A stretch of 64,000 bases of DNA. It comes from Gammaproteobacteria bacterium (GTDB lineage: Bacteria; Pseudomonadota; Gammaproteobacteria; GCA-2400775). The notes beneath the pieces are model-generated. The model saw nothing but the letters and a program-made list of their open reading frames with translations. It was not told the DNA's origin and ran no database searches. The stretch lies in assembly GCA_015492075.1 (NCBI GenBank), contig WGFU01000037.1, forward strand, positions 1,425-65,424, read 5' to 3'. Positions 49,820 to 60,665 of the stretch are shown piece after piece (the stretch's first letter is position 1; each line of letters starts with the position of its first letter). A program made the translations under genes and the position numbers.

Positions 49820-50691
49820 GCTTGCTTAACCCAAAAATCCAGAAAAATACTCACAAAAACCACCAATCCAAACCAATTATTATTCAAAAATGCCTGAAAA
49901 AAATGTACTTTATCATTATCGCGCACCAACCATTGCTGATAAACAAAAAACAACGTTGCAGCAAATAAGCCAATATAGTAAACAGGGCTGGCAGCGATCC
50001 ACTTTCCGGCCAGTAGCAAGAGCAGCAGCACCAGTCCCTGCAATACTGAGACAATAATACGGTCGTAGCGGCCAAACAGTATTGCCGTTGATTTAACGCC
50101 TATGCGCAGATCATCATCACGATCCACCATACCGTAAAAAGTATCGTAGGCGACCGCCCACAAAACCGTTGTCAAAAACAGTAACCAGGCGAGTGGCGGG
50201 ATTTCTCCACGTATCGCGGCGAACGCCATGGGTATCGCCCAGGCAAAGGCAACACCGAGCACGACTTGCGGCACGTGGATATAGCGTTTAGTAAAGGGAT
50301 ATACCATCGCCAGCAATAAGGCTACCACGGATAGGGCAACCGTAAAAAAACCTAGAGTCAGCACCAGTATAAAGGATGTCATCACTAACACAGCAAAAAG
50401 CAGCCATGCTTCTTTGCTCGTCACCGCGCCGCTGACCAAAGGTCTTGCCCGGGTGCGCTCAACATGGCCATCAAATTCACGATCCGCGTAATCATTGATC
50501 ACGCAACCAGCCGAACGCATCAACACCACGCCGGCAACGAAAACAAATAGAACATGCCATGAAGGCACGCCCTCTGCAGCCATCCACAAGCCCCATAACG
50601 CAGGCCATAATAGCAATAGTATTCCAATCGGTTTATCGAGACGCATCAATCGTGCGTAAACAGGTAGACGACTGCAAATAGCAATACTCAT
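49816..50691 (-). CDS. ubiA: 4-hydroxybenzoate octaprenyltransferase
   Basis: 291 aa; UbiA prenyltransferase motifs NDYADREFD and YDTFYGMVDRDDD. Confidence 0.85.
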   Translation of the reverse strand: MSIAICSRLPVYARLMRLDKPIGILLLLWPALWGLWMAAEGVPSWHVLFVFVAGVVLMRSAGCVINDYADREFDGHVERTRARPLVSGAVTSKEAWLLFAVLVMTSFILVLTLGFFTVALSVVALLLAMVYPFTKRYIHVPQVVLGVAFAWAIPMAFAAIRGEIPPLAWLLFLTTVLWAVAYDTFYGMVDRDDDLRIGVKSTAILFGRYDRIIVSVLQGLVLLLLLLAGKWIAASPVYYIGLFAATLFFVYQQWLVRDNDKVHFFQAFLNNNWFGLVVFVSIFLDFWVKQA

Positions 50692-51248
50692 AGACAGCTA
50701 ATCGCCGGTAAAAACATTTCACTCACCAGCAGCGGCTGGCCGGCAAAGAAAAATACGCTGCGACGCCCCCATACACTATGATCTTTTTTCCCAGATTTTA
50801 GCCTTATGCCTTTCAACATGGCATTGCCACTAGCGACACATGCCACCTGCAAACCGCTGCGCAATACCGAGTGATCACGAAACAGAAGCTCGCCCAAAGG
50901 TTTGCGACCGAGCTGCGACAAGCGATGTCCGGCGCCGCGCAAAGTGCTATGGGGAATAATGGTGCGGGCAAAGATCAAAGGAATTCGGTCACAACACAAT
51001 ACGACTTCGCGACACAGTGCACGCGCGGCATCGGGCATTAGCAGCAAACGCCGTTCATTGAGCTGGGGGCGGACCCAACCATGTCGCACTATTTCCAGAT
51101 GAAAACGGCCACCGCAACGCGATTGCACTTTTTGTGTCAACGACTCAGGCGTTAGCATCCATTCACGCAAGGCGACCGGAATCTCTTCGTCGCGAGTCAA
51201 GTCGCGCCACTGTGGTTCTTGCTGATATTTACCCCAACGTATTTGCAC
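50688..51248 (-). CDS. ubiC: chorismate-pyruvate lyase (UbiC-like)
   Basis: 186 aa; UTRA/UbiC fold length; 4-nt overlap upstream of ubiA as in the ubiCA operon. Confidence 0.6.
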   Translation of the reverse strand: MQIRWGKYQQEPQWRDLTRDEEIPVALREWMLTPESLTQKVQSRCGGRFHLEIVRHGWVRPQLNERRLLLMPDAARALCREVVLCCDRIPLIFARTIIPHSTLRGAGHRLSQLGRKPLGELLFRDHSVLRSGLQVACVASGNAMLKGIRLKSGKKDHSVWGRRSVFFFAGQPLLVSEMFLPAISCL

Positions 51249-51259
51249 TGTTTATCCCA

Positions 51260-53341
51260 TCACACTGTGGCGAAGTCTTGCGCCTGATTCAGCCAACGTT
51301 GTAGCAGCTGGCCAATCAGCTCAGGATGCTTGCTCAATAGCTCATCAGCAGCAGAGCGGATATCATCAAACATCGCCTCACCAACATCGAGCCGCGCGAC
51401 ACGCAGCTGCATATCGCCAGTTTGACGCACTCCCAACAATTCACCAGCGCCACGCAGCTCAAGGTCTTTATGCGCGATGACAAAACCATCGTTAGTCTCT
51501 CGCATGATCGCCAAACGCGAGCGCGCTGTTTGCGAAAGCGTGCCATGATACATCAACACGCAGTGGCTTTTGCGGGCGCCTCGACCGACCCGGCCTCGCA
51601 GCTGATGCAGCTGGGACAAACCGAGCCGCTCGGCATTCTCAACAATCATCAGACTGGCGTTGGCTACGTCGACCCCAACCTCGATAACCGTGGTCGCCAC
51701 CAAGACATGAATCGTGCCGGCTTTAAACGCCGCCATCTGCGCCGCCTTGTCATCCGCTTTCATACGGCCATGAACCAAACCTATACACAAACCCGGCAAC
51801 TGCTCAGTCAATTCAGCCGCCGTATCGGTCGCAGCCTGGCTCACTATCAATTCTGATTCATCGATCAGTGTGCATACCCAATAAACTTGCCGCCCCTCTA
51901 GACAGGCATGGCGAATACGCGCTATGACTTCGCCGCGTCGCTGCGCTGACATCACTGTCGTCATAATTTGCTGGCGACCCGGTGGCAATTCATCTATTAC
52001 TGACAAATCAAGATCGGCATAAAAGGTCATGGCCAGTGAACGTGGAATCGGGGTTGCCGTCATGATCAATTGATGTGGACGACTGTTTTCGCATTCCCCC
52101 TTGCGCTGTAAGGCCAGGCGTTGCGACACACCAAAGCGATGCTGTTCATCGATAATAACCAGGCCGAGTTGACGAAAAATAACATCGTCCTGAAAAACTG
52201 CATGAGTACCTACCAGTATATCAATCTCGCCGTGCGCAAGCTCTGCCAGCAACTGCCTGCGCTGCACGCCTTTGACACGACCATGGAGCCAGGCGACACG
52301 CACACCAAAAGGTTCAAACCAAGTAAGTAAACTACGATAGTGTTGTTCTGATAATATCTCGGTCGGCACCATCAACACACTTTGCTCGCCAGCGGCAACA
52401 GCGTTGGCCAAGATCGCAGCTGCGACAATAGTTTTGCCTGATCCGACATCGCCTTGCAACAAACGCTGCATGGGTAAGGCCGATGCACAGTCTTTGGCGA
52501 TTTCGTCTATCACACGTTGCTGCGCTAGCGTCAGTGTAAATGGCAGTGCAGCAATCAACTTGAGATGCAAGTCAGAATTCGCTGCAATCACAGGGGCCCG
52601 ATAGCATTCACGCTGCTTGCGACGTTGCCGCAGACTGAGATGATGCGCGAGCAACTCTTCAAATATCAATCGTCGCAACATCGGATGACTGCCATCGCGG
52701 AGCTTTTCCAAATCGGCGTTAGCAGGCGGCCGATGAATGTAATTGATGGCATCAATCAGAGCGGACAATTGAAAACGCTCCAGCATCGGCAACGGCAATA
52801 ACTCAGGCAAAGCATTCTTGTTGTTTAGAGTATCCAGGGCGCTGTCACGAATCTGCCGTAACAAATGTTGGCTTACTCCCTCGACTACAGGGTAAACCGC
52901 TGTCAAGACGTCAGCCGGCTCGCCGACACCAGCTTGAGTCAACAACTGATACTCCGGATGCACCATTTCAACATGGCCTGGCACTCCCATCCTGGGATTA
53001 CCGTAACAACGCAGCCAGTTCGCTCGCTGCAACAGTTGCTGTTGTCTTTGGCTGAAATGGAAAAAGCGCAATGTCATTTCCGCGCTATCATCTTGCAAGG
53101 TACAAAGCATGGCTCGACGGCGGCCATAGACGATCCTAACGCTTGTTACCCGCCCTTCAACCTGGGCATCGATACCGTGAACCAGCTGATCAATAGGTGT
53201 GACACGAGTACGGTCCTCATAACGTAGTGGCAAATGGAACAACATGTCGGCAAGGGTGCGCAGACCCAGTCGCTCCAAACGTTGTGCTTTTTTAGGCCCG
53301 ACACCAGAAAGCGTGCTTACCGCAGCACCCAGTGCAACCAC
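51260..53341 (-). CDS. recG: ATP-dependent DNA helicase RecG
   Basis: 693 aa; wedge domain; helicase motifs GDVGSGKT, DEQHRFG and C-terminal QLRGRVGRG. Confidence 0.9.
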   Translation of the reverse strand: MVALGAAVSTLSGVGPKKAQRLERLGLRTLADMLFHLPLRYEDRTRVTPIDQLVHGIDAQVEGRVTSVRIVYGRRRAMLCTLQDDSAEMTLRFFHFSQRQQQLLQRANWLRCYGNPRMGVPGHVEMVHPEYQLLTQAGVGEPADVLTAVYPVVEGVSQHLLRQIRDSALDTLNNKNALPELLPLPMLERFQLSALIDAINYIHRPPANADLEKLRDGSHPMLRRLIFEELLAHHLSLRQRRKQRECYRAPVIAANSDLHLKLIAALPFTLTLAQQRVIDEIAKDCASALPMQRLLQGDVGSGKTIVAAAILANAVAAGEQSVLMVPTEILSEQHYRSLLTWFEPFGVRVAWLHGRVKGVQRRQLLAELAHGEIDILVGTHAVFQDDVIFRQLGLVIIDEQHRFGVSQRLALQRKGECENSRPHQLIMTATPIPRSLAMTFYADLDLSVIDELPPGRQQIMTTVMSAQRRGEVIARIRHACLEGRQVYWVCTLIDESELIVSQAATDTAAELTEQLPGLCIGLVHGRMKADDKAAQMAAFKAGTIHVLVATTVIEVGVDVANASLMIVENAERLGLSQLHQLRGRVGRGARKSHCVLMYHGTLSQTARSRLAIMRETNDGFVIAHKDLELRGAGELLGVRQTGDMQLRVARLDVGEAMFDDIRSAADELLSKHPELIGQLLQRWLNQAQDFATV

Positions 53342-53356
53342 TGCGATGACCTCTCT

Positions 53357-53752
53357 TTAGCCTGCGCAATGATCAATACGCAACACGGCATCCATTTCCA
53401 CACTCGCGTCTTTGGGTAAGGCGGCGACACCAATCGCCGCACGAGCCGGATAAGGTGACCGAAAATAGCGTGCCATCACTTCATTAACCACCGCAAAATG
53501 CGACAGATCAGTGAGAAAGACATTGAGTTTGACAACATCAGCAAGATCACCACCCGCTGCTTGCGCAACGGCTTTCAAATTGTCAAATACTTGCGTAATT
53601 TGCGCCTCGATATCCCCTGCCACCATCTGCATGGTTTCTGGCAGCAATGGAATCTGGCCAGACAAATAGACTTCATTGCCGACGCGAACGGCTTGCGAGT
53701 AAGTACCAATAGCGGCCGGCGCTTTATCTGTTGCGATAATCTGGCGTTGCAT
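53357..53752 (-). CDS. ridA: RidA family reactive-intermediate deaminase
   Basis: 131 aa; YjgF/chorismate-mutase-like fold; C-terminal [12 protein letters not shown]. Confidence 0.8.
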   Translation of the reverse strand: MQRQIIATDKAPAAIGTYSQAVRVGNEVYLSGQIPLLPETMQMVAGDIEAQITQVFDNLKAVAQAAGGDLADVVKLNVFLTDLSHFAVVNEVMARYFRSPYPARAAIGVAALPKDASVEMDAVLRIDHCAG

Positions 53753-53985
53753 TTTTCCTCCTAAAACACGTATTACAATGATTGTTGTAACCGCTTAGCA
53801 AGCATAAATGCATGCTCCAGACCCGACAAGTCATCGCCTACTGACAAACATTCGCAAGATGTGTTTGGCAACATGCTCAAACCAGACAACAATACCTTGC
53901 AATCCATAAAGTGGCGTTCACTCGGAGTCGGCAAGGTTTGCGAATTGACACCATAGCGACGGTGCGGAGACTTTTTAACCGCCAG

Positions 53986-56211
53986 CTATGCGTGCTTGTC
54001 ACGCTGGATTTTCGCCACTGAATCCACTCTTCTCACTCTGCGCATAATCCTGGCAAGATGCCGACGATCACTGACATCGACTGTTACGTGCAGCACGCTG
54101 TACTTGCCGTCACGGTCTTCAACACTGATATTGTCAATATTGGCGCCCATATCGGAGAATACCGCAGCAACGTTGGCCAGCACACCACGGCGATTATGTG
54201 CGTGAATCGCCACCTCCACCGGGAAAACCACACCGATCTCGCGCTCCCAATGCACGTCCAGCAATTTTTCTGGTGACTTGCGTGCAGACAGCGCATTTCT
54301 ACATGTACTTTGATGAACAACGATACCGCGGCCAGACGTTAACAGTGCGCAAATGGTATCACCCGGAATCGGGCGGCAACACTTACCAAAACTCACTACC
54401 ATACCCTCGGTGCCCTTAATGGCCAAGGGAGCGCCAGAAGCACGCTCGCGTCGTAGCCAACTCGGCACATAACGACGCCATTTCCGGGCTGCATTGCCGT
54501 CACTTAGTTGATCATGAATACGTTTAGCGACCAATATTGGCGGCCGATTGCCGAGTCCCACATCGGCATACAAATCTTCCAGCGATTCAAGATTAAAATC
54601 GTTCAGTAAAACCTTTAATGCTTGCTCACCGATTTCATTAATATTGATTGAAAAGGCATCAAGCGCCTTGCCCAGCAAGCGCTTACCCAGACCCACAGAC
54701 TCGTCACGACGAAGATTTTTCAGATAATGACGTATCTTACTGCGCGCCTTACCGGTCACAACAAAGTTCAACCATGCGGCATTGGGACGCGCACTCAGCG
54801 CGGTAATCACCTCTACTGTCTGGCCATTTAATAAAGGTGTGCTCAATGGCACCAAACGGCGATCCACCTTTGCCGCAACGCAGGTAGCGCCGACATCGGT
54901 ATGGACGCAGTAGGCAAAATCAATGGCAGTGGAGCCGCGCGGCAAGCGCATAATCTTACCTTTCGGGGTAAACACATAGACCTCGTCCGGAAACAAGTCG
55001 ATCTTGACGTTCTCAAGAAATTCGATGGAGTCACCGGCCTGTTGCTGCATTTCCAACAAGCCCCTCATCCATTCATGAACGTTAGCCGTGGTACCGCTCG
55101 ACTTAAGATTAGACGTTTTATATAACCAATGTGCGGCCACACCGGCCTCCGCCACCTTATCCATATCGTGGGTGCGGATCTGAACTTCGACTGGCACGCC
55201 ATAGGGGCCAAACAGTACGGTATGCAATGATTGGTAACCGTTGGCCTTAGGAATAGCAATATAATCTTTGAAGCGCCCGCCAACCGGTTTGTACAAGTGA
55301 TGCAGAATCCCCAATGTACGGTAGCAACCATCAACGCTATCAACAATGACGCGAAACGCATAGACATCAAAAACTTCAGAAAAAGACAGTCGCTTGACCT
55401 TCATCTTTTGATAGATGCTATACAAATGCTTTTCGCGGCCCTCGACTTTTGCTTTCAGCCCTTCTTGCCGCAGACGCTGTTCAAGTGATTTGTCAATTTT
55501 TTGAATAACTTCTTTTCGATTGCCGCGCGCACGTTTTACCGATTCCGCTAAAACTCGATAACGTTGCGGATAAAGCGCCTGAAAACCTAAATCTTGCAGC
55601 TCAATACGAAATTGGTTCATACCCAAGCGATTAGCCATGGGCGCATAAACCTCGAGCGTTTCTTTCGCTATGCGGCGGCGTTTATAAGCAACTAGCGCAC
55701 CCAGGGTGCGCATATTATGCAGACGGTCGGCCAGCTTAATGATGATGACGCGGATATCACGCACCATCGCCAACATCATCTTGCGGAAATTTTCGGCCTC
55801 GGCCTCGAGCTTGTTTTCGAATTCGATTTGAGTAAGCTTGGTAACACCGTCAACCAGCTCGGCAATCTCAGCGCCAAACTCAGTTTCAATCTCTTCTTTA
55901 ACAACTGGCGTATCTTCAATAACATCATGCAAAATGGCCGCAGTAATGGTGCAATGATCAAGTCGCATCCTGGCCAAAATGCACGCAACCACCAAAGGGT
56001 GATGAATATAAGGTTCGCCCGATGCACGATACTGGTCATGATGAACCCGTGCGCCAAATTGGTAAGCGCGGTAAACACAGGCGACTTGGTCTTCGGGCAG
56101 ATACTCTTCTAAAAGGGTCTGCAATGTATCGAGCAGATGACCGCCTTGAACAACCGGAGAGCTTGCCTCTATTGCCTTAGTGGCACCACTCTCCATCCAG
56201 CTAAACTTCAA
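53986..56211 (-). CDS. spoT: bifunctional (p)ppGpp synthetase/hydrolase SpoT/RelA
   Basis: 741 aa; HD hydrolase (HDVIEDT); synthetase, TGS and ACT domains; rpoZ-spoT synteny. The true start may be a few residues downstream. Confidence 0.9.
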   Translation of the reverse strand: MKFSWMESGATKAIEASSPVVQGGHLLDTLQTLLEEYLPEDQVACVYRAYQFGARVHHDQYRASGEPYIHHPLVVACILARMRLDHCTITAAILHDVIEDTPVVKEEIETEFGAEIAELVDGVTKLTQIEFENKLEAEAENFRKMMLAMVRDIRVIIIKLADRLHNMRTLGALVAYKRRRIAKETLEVYAPMANRLGMNQFRIELQDLGFQALYPQRYRVLAESVKRARGNRKEVIQKIDKSLEQRLRQEGLKAKVEGREKHLYSIYQKMKVKRLSFSEVFDVYAFRVIVDSVDGCYRTLGILHHLYKPVGGRFKDYIAIPKANGYQSLHTVLFGPYGVPVEVQIRTHDMDKVAEAGVAAHWLYKTSNLKSSGTTANVHEWMRGLLEMQQQAGDSIEFLENVKIDLFPDEVYVFTPKGKIMRLPRGSTAIDFAYCVHTDVGATCVAAKVDRRLVPLSTPLLNGQTVEVITALSARPNAAWLNFVVTGKARSKIRHYLKNLRRDESVGLGKRLLGKALDAFSININEIGEQALKVLLNDFNLESLEDLYADVGLGNRPPILVAKRIHDQLSDGNAARKWRRYVPSWLRRERASGAPLAIKGTEGMVVSFGKCCRPIPGDTICALLTSGRGIVVHQSTCRNALSARKSPEKLLDVHWEREIGVVFPVEVAIHAHNRRGVLANVAAVFSDMGANIDNISVEDRDGKYSVLHVTVDVSDRRHLARIMRRVRRVDSVAKIQRDKHA

Positions 56212-56219
56212 TTAAAAAA

Positions 56220-56486
56220 TTATTGAAGTGTGGAACCCGGAGCTTCGTCAATGCTTTCAAGCACTGGCTCGGGCAGAATTGGCTTGGCCACTTCCGTCAG
56301 GATAGAGGCATTGGTCAAGCCTTCGGCCACTTCGCGCAATGCGACCACCGTTGGCTTATCATTTTCCCAGGCAACCTTTGGGTCCTGGCCCATTTCAAAC
56401 TGACGCGCGCGCTTGGTCGCAACCAGCACCAGTTCAAAGCGGTTGTCGACGTTCTCGAGACAGTCTTCTACAGTAACGCGAGCCAT
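56220..56486 (-). CDS. rpoZ: RNA polymerase omega subunit
   Basis: 88 aa; [10 protein letters not shown]-terminus typical of RpoZ. Confidence 0.85.
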   Translation of the reverse strand: MARVTVEDCLENVDNRFELVLVATKRARQFEMGQDPKVAWENDKPTVVALREVAEGLTNASILTEVAKPILPEPVLESIDEAPGSTLQ

Positions 56487-56554
56487 AATAACCTCCTACA
56501 AAACAAAACTCTAATCGGCGAATTGTAGCACACCCTCATATCGCTCCAGATGCA

Positions 56555-57163
56555 CTATATCAGGCCGAATAAACTGCCATACTTCTGTAACTGCTTATCG
56601 CGACGCAAGTCAGTAACATGAAAAATCGCCCGCATATCCGCTACCGCAGTATCAAAATCATCATTCATAACGATGTAATCAAAATCCTTACAATGCTCGA
56701 TATCATCACGTGCCTCCCGCATGCGACGGGCAATGATTTCTTCACTATCCTGGCGCCGATGACGTAAACGTTGTTCAAGCACCTCTAATGACGGCGGCAG
56801 TATAAAAATACTAATGGCGTCGGGCATATTTTGCTTAACCTGCGCCGCACCCTGCCAATCGATTTCTAATATCACATTCTCGGCTTTACGCAGCCGATCT
56901 TCAACAAATGTACGTGAAGTCCCGTAATAATTATCAAAAACGCAGGCATTTTCCAAAAAACCATTAGCCTGCTTAATAGCCATAAACTCTTTTCTAGAGA
57001 CAAAATAATAGTCTTCTCCGTCCACTTCACCTGGTCGAGCCGGGCGCGTAGTATGTGAAACGGACACATTAAAATTTGGCGCGCTTGCCAGCAGCGCTTT
57101 CACCAACGAGGTCTTGCCAGCACCAGATGGTGCCGACACCACAAATAACGTCCCGTTCACCAC
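56555..57163 (-). CDS. gmk: guanylate kinase
   Basis: 202 aa; P-loop SAPSGAGKTS. Confidence 0.9.
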   Translation of the reverse strand: MVNGTLFVVSAPSGAGKTSLVKALLASAPNFNVSVSHTTRPARPGEVDGEDYYFVSRKEFMAIKQANGFLENACVFDNYYGTSRTFVEDRLRKAENVILEIDWQGAAQVKQNMPDAISIFILPPSLEVLEQRLRHRRQDSEEIIARRMREARDDIEHCKDFDYIVMNDDFDTAVADMRAIFHVTDLRRDKQLQKYGSLFGLI

Positions 57164-57193
57164 CCGATGCCTCCTGATCTAGAGCTGCCGATA

Positions 57194-58057
57194 TTACTCA
57201 ATGTTCTGTACCTGCTCGCGTATCTGTTCAATTAATACCTTCATATCGACCGTTAGCTGCGTCACTGCGCTATCCACCGATTTCGAAGACAAAGTGTTGG
57301 TCTCGCGATTGAGTTCCTGCATCAAAAAATCCAGTCGACGACCAATACTTTTATCGCTATCCAGTGTATCCCTCACTTCTTGAATATGCAGCCGCAGGCG
57401 ATCCAGCTCTTCCGCCACATCCATCTTTTGCGAAGCAAATAATAATTCCTGTTCTATGCGCGCCGGGTCGACGTCAACATCGATCTCGGCAATGCGCGCA
57501 AGCAAACGACTACGCCAATGCTCACGCACCTGCGGCAACCTCTTTGCCACCGTAGCAGCGGCTTTTTCAAGCTCATCGCAACGCGACAATATCACTGTTT
57601 TTAAGCTCGCACCCTCACGCAAACGATAAGCCAATAGCTCATCCAGCGCTTCTGCCAGGACTGCCAGCGCTGTTTGCTTCAAGGCGTCCACGTCATCCAC
57701 CTCCTTCGCAAGCACCCCTTCCCAGCTCAGAACATCCAAGGCCGTAGGCTGCGCTAAAGCACCCATCTCTTGCTGTACTTTATCTATCGCCACTGCCAAC
57801 TGTGCCAAAACCGCCTTATCAATACGCAAAGAGGCAGTACCGGTCGCCGATTCCAGCTTAAGACAACAATCTACCTTGCCGCGACCAAGCTTTTGCCTGA
57901 TGCGCTCGCGCAAAAGTGGCTCCAAGCCGCTCCAGTCCCGTGGTAAACGACATGAAATCTCCAAATAGCGGTGATTGACCGTTTTTATCTCCCAGACGAT
58001 CTCGACATCACTCAGACTGCGACGAATGCTGGCAAAACCAGTCATACTACGTATCAT
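57194..58057 (-). CDS. yicC: YicC-family stress-induced protein
   Basis: 287 aa; YicC N- and C-terminal domains (MTGFASI...). Confidence 0.8.
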   Translation of the reverse strand: MIRSMTGFASIRRSLSDVEIVWEIKTVNHRYLEISCRLPRDWSGLEPLLRERIRQKLGRGKVDCCLKLESATGTASLRIDKAVLAQLAVAIDKVQQEMGALAQPTALDVLSWEGVLAKEVDDVDALKQTALAVLAEALDELLAYRLREGASLKTVILSRCDELEKAAATVAKRLPQVREHWRSRLLARIAEIDVDVDPARIEQELLFASQKMDVAEELDRLRLHIQEVRDTLDSDKSIGRRLDFLMQELNRETNTLSSKSVDSAVTQLTVDMKVLIEQIREQVQNIE

Positions 58058-58153
58058 TGTTTCTTCTCAACTCTGTTTTGGGCAAGCGCATCAGACAGCG
58101 CGACCTGCTGACGCTATAATTGTCCGCTTTTACTTAAACCAGAAGGTTATATC

Positions 58154-58858
58154 ATGCGCCCTAGCGGACGAGCCCCCGATCAACTACGCACTGTCAAACT
58201 CACGCGCAACTATACCAAGCATGCAGAAGGTTCTGTACTGATAGAGTTTGGCGACACCAAAGTACTGTGCACCGCTTCGGTGGAAACTCGTGTACCCGGC
58301 TTTTTAAAAGGCTCAGGCAAAGGCTGGGTGACCGCCGAGTACGGTATGCTGCCACGCTCCACCGGTTCACGCATGCGTCGCGAAGCAAACAGCGGTAAGC
58401 AAGGTGGCCGCACCATGGAAATCCAGCGTCTTATCGGTCGCTCCCTGCGCGCAGCGATTAATCTCGATGCCTTAGGTGAAAACAGTATTACCATCGATTG
58501 TGATGTCATTCAAGCGGATGGCGGCACTCGCACCGCCGCCATCACTGGCGCCTATGTCGCTTTGGTCGATGCTATCAATACCATGAAACTGAAGAAGCAC
58601 CCTATCCATGGTAGCGTCGCCTCCGTCTCGGTGGGCATCTATCGAGGCACCCCAGTGCTCGACCTCGACTACGCCGAAGACTCTGCTGCGGAAACCGACA
58701 TGAATGTTGTCATGAATGAAGCCGGTGCTTTTATTGAAGTACAAGGCACTGCTGAAGGTCACGCCTTCCATAAGCCCGAGCTTGACACCATGCTGGCCCT
58801 GGCCAAAAAAGGTATCGACGAACTCGTCACCTTGCAACAGAAAGCCTTAGCCCGCTAA
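58154..58858 (+). CDS. rph: ribonuclease PH
   Basis: 234 aa; [13 protein letters not shown]-terminus and TAxxxE phosphate-binding motifs. Confidence 0.9.
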   Translation: MRPSGRAPDQLRTVKLTRNYTKHAEGSVLIEFGDTKVLCTASVETRVPGFLKGSGKGWVTAEYGMLPRSTGSRMRREANSGKQGGRTMEIQRLIGRSLRAAINLDALGENSITIDCDVIQADGGTRTAAITGAYVALVDAINTMKLKKHPIHGSVASVSVGIYRGTPVLDLDYAEDSAAETDMNVVMNEAGAFIEVQGTAEGHAFHKPELDTMLALAKKGIDELVTLQQKALAR

Positions 58859-58860
58859 CC

Positions 58861-59481
58861 ATGGCTAATAAGAAACTGGTATTGGCCAGCAATAACAAGA
58901 AAAAGATTGCCGAAATACAAGCCATTCTGGCCGATATCGGGGCCGACGTGTCGATTGTTACACAAGCCAGCGTCGGCGTTGAAGAAATCCCCGAAAATGG
59001 CCTCAGCTTTGTCGAAAACGCACTCATCAAGGCACGCAATGCGGCCAAAGGTTCGGGCCTGCCTGCCATCGCTGACGACTCCGGTTTAGAGGTCGACATT
59101 CTCAAAGGGGCACCTGGCATTTATTCTGCGCGCTACGCTGGCGAAAATGCCAGCGATGAAGACAACAACCAAAAACTATTAAAAGCCCTGTCTGGTATCG
59201 AGCCAAAAAAACGCACAGCGCGCTTTTATTGCGCTATTGTTTATCTGCGTCACGAACTCGATCCGACACCGCTGATTTGTACTGGCACGTGGGAAGGCCG
59301 CATTATTAACAAAGCGCAAGGTGCAAACGGCTTTGGCTATGACCCCTTGTTTTACCTGCCGAGTCATCAATGCACTTCAGCAGAGCTTGCACCCGAAACA
59401 AAATCGCAAATCAGCCATCGCGGCCAGGCACTGCGTATATTTGCTGAACGCTACCGCAGCATGCGCGGGGATTCTGTTTAG
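58861..59481 (+). CDS. rdgB: non-canonical purine NTP pyrophosphatase RdgB/ITPase
   Basis: 206 aa; SNNKKK N-terminus; Ham1 family motifs GFGYDPLF. Confidence 0.85.
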   Translation: MANKKLVLASNNKKKIAEIQAILADIGADVSIVTQASVGVEEIPENGLSFVENALIKARNAAKGSGLPAIADDSGLEVDILKGAPGIYSARYAGENASDEDNNQKLLKALSGIEPKKRTARFYCAIVYLRHELDPTPLICTGTWEGRIINKAQGANGFGYDPLFYLPSHQCTSAELAPETKSQISHRGQALRIFAERYRSMRGDSV

Positions 59482-59485
59482 TAAC

Positions 59486-60652
59486 GTGTTTCAATTTACC
59501 GCCCCGCCACCCCTGTCGTTATACATTCACCTGCCTTGGTGCGAAAAAAAATGTCCCTACTGTGATTTCAATTCACACGGACTTAAAGACGAGCCACCAG
59601 AGCAAGCCTACATCGATGCCTTACTGACTGATCTCGAAACGGAGCTGCCTTTAGTTTGGGGACGATCTATCGTCAGCGTCTTTATGGGTGGCGGCACGCC
59701 CAGCTTGTTCAGCGCCGCGGCCATAGACCGCTTGCTCTGCGGTATTCGTGCGCGACTGCCTCTGCGCGCTGATGCCGAAATCACGATGGAAGCCAACCCG
59801 GGCAGCGTCGAACAAGCGCGTTTTGCAGCCTACCGCAAATCGGGTGTTAATCGATTATCACTCGGCATACAAAGTTTTGACGATTCGCATCTTGCGGCCC
59901 TTGGTCGCATACACAATGGCGCACAAGCAAAGAAAGCCATCGCTGTCGCACAGGAAGCGGGCTTTGACAGACTCAATCTCGACTTAATGTATGGCTTGCC
60001 CAATCAAAATGTAGAACAAGCCTTGGCCGACCTTGACGCTGCTATGAATTTTGAACCTGAACATATTTCTCATTACCAGCTGACTATTGAGCCGGACACC
60101 GCATTTGCCAAACAACCGCCCCTGTTACCCAGCGACGAAAATCGCTGGGACATGCAACAGCAGTGTCAACAACGCTTGGCCGACGCTGGCTATCGGCAAT
60201 ACGAAGTCTCCGCCTATGCGCGCAATAAAAAGCAGTGCCGACACAATATGAATTATTGGGCCTATGGCGACTATCTTGGGATTGGTGCTGGCGCCCATGG
60301 CAAAATTACGATTGGTCCGGAACAACGTATCGAGCGCCGCTCCAAACTACGCAACCCCTTACGCTATATAGAAGCGAGTAAAACCAAACAATTCATCGAT
60401 GAAAACCACGACATAGATCCCGACAATGCCGCCTTTGAATTTATGCTTAATGGTATGAGACTGATTGAGGGAATCAAAACTGAAACCTTTGCCTTGCACA
60501 CCGGCCTCGACATCGGCTTTATTAGGGATAAAATTGAGTTCGCTCAAGAACGTGGTTTATTAAAAAAAGACACGGAGCGCTTGCAAGCTACTGAGCACGG
60601 TCGCCGCTTTCTTAACGACCTGACAGAATTATTTTTACCCACACATTGTTAG
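59486..60652 (+). CDS. hemW: radical SAM heme chaperone HemW (coproporphyrinogen III oxidase-like)
   Basis: CxxxCxxC radical SAM motif CPYCDFNS preceded by PLSLYIHLPW; start set at in-frame GTG 4 nt after the rdgB stop. Confidence 0.75.
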   Translation: MFQFTAPPPLSLYIHLPWCEKKCPYCDFNSHGLKDEPPEQAYIDALLTDLETELPLVWGRSIVSVFMGGGTPSLFSAAAIDRLLCGIRARLPLRADAEITMEANPGSVEQARFAAYRKSGVNRLSLGIQSFDDSHLAALGRIHNGAQAKKAIAVAQEAGFDRLNLDLMYGLPNQNVEQALADLDAAMNFEPEHISHYQLTIEPDTAFAKQPPLLPSDENRWDMQQQCQQRLADAGYRQYEVSAYARNKKQCRHNMNYWAYGDYLGIGAGAHGKITIGPEQRIERRSKLRNPLRYIEASKTKQFIDENHDIDPDNAAFEFMLNGMRLIEGIKTETFALHTGLDIGFIRDKIEFAQERGLLKKDTERLQATEHGRRFLNDLTELFLPTHC

Positions 60653-60665
60653 AAACAGGAATAAC

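Noticed and set aside
59321-59485. ORF-track start of hemW at 59321, overlapping rdgB by 160 nt.
   Set aside because: HemW homology begins at PLSLYIHLPW. An in-frame GTG lies at 59486, 4 nt after the rdgB stop. The long overlap is an ORF-caller artefact.
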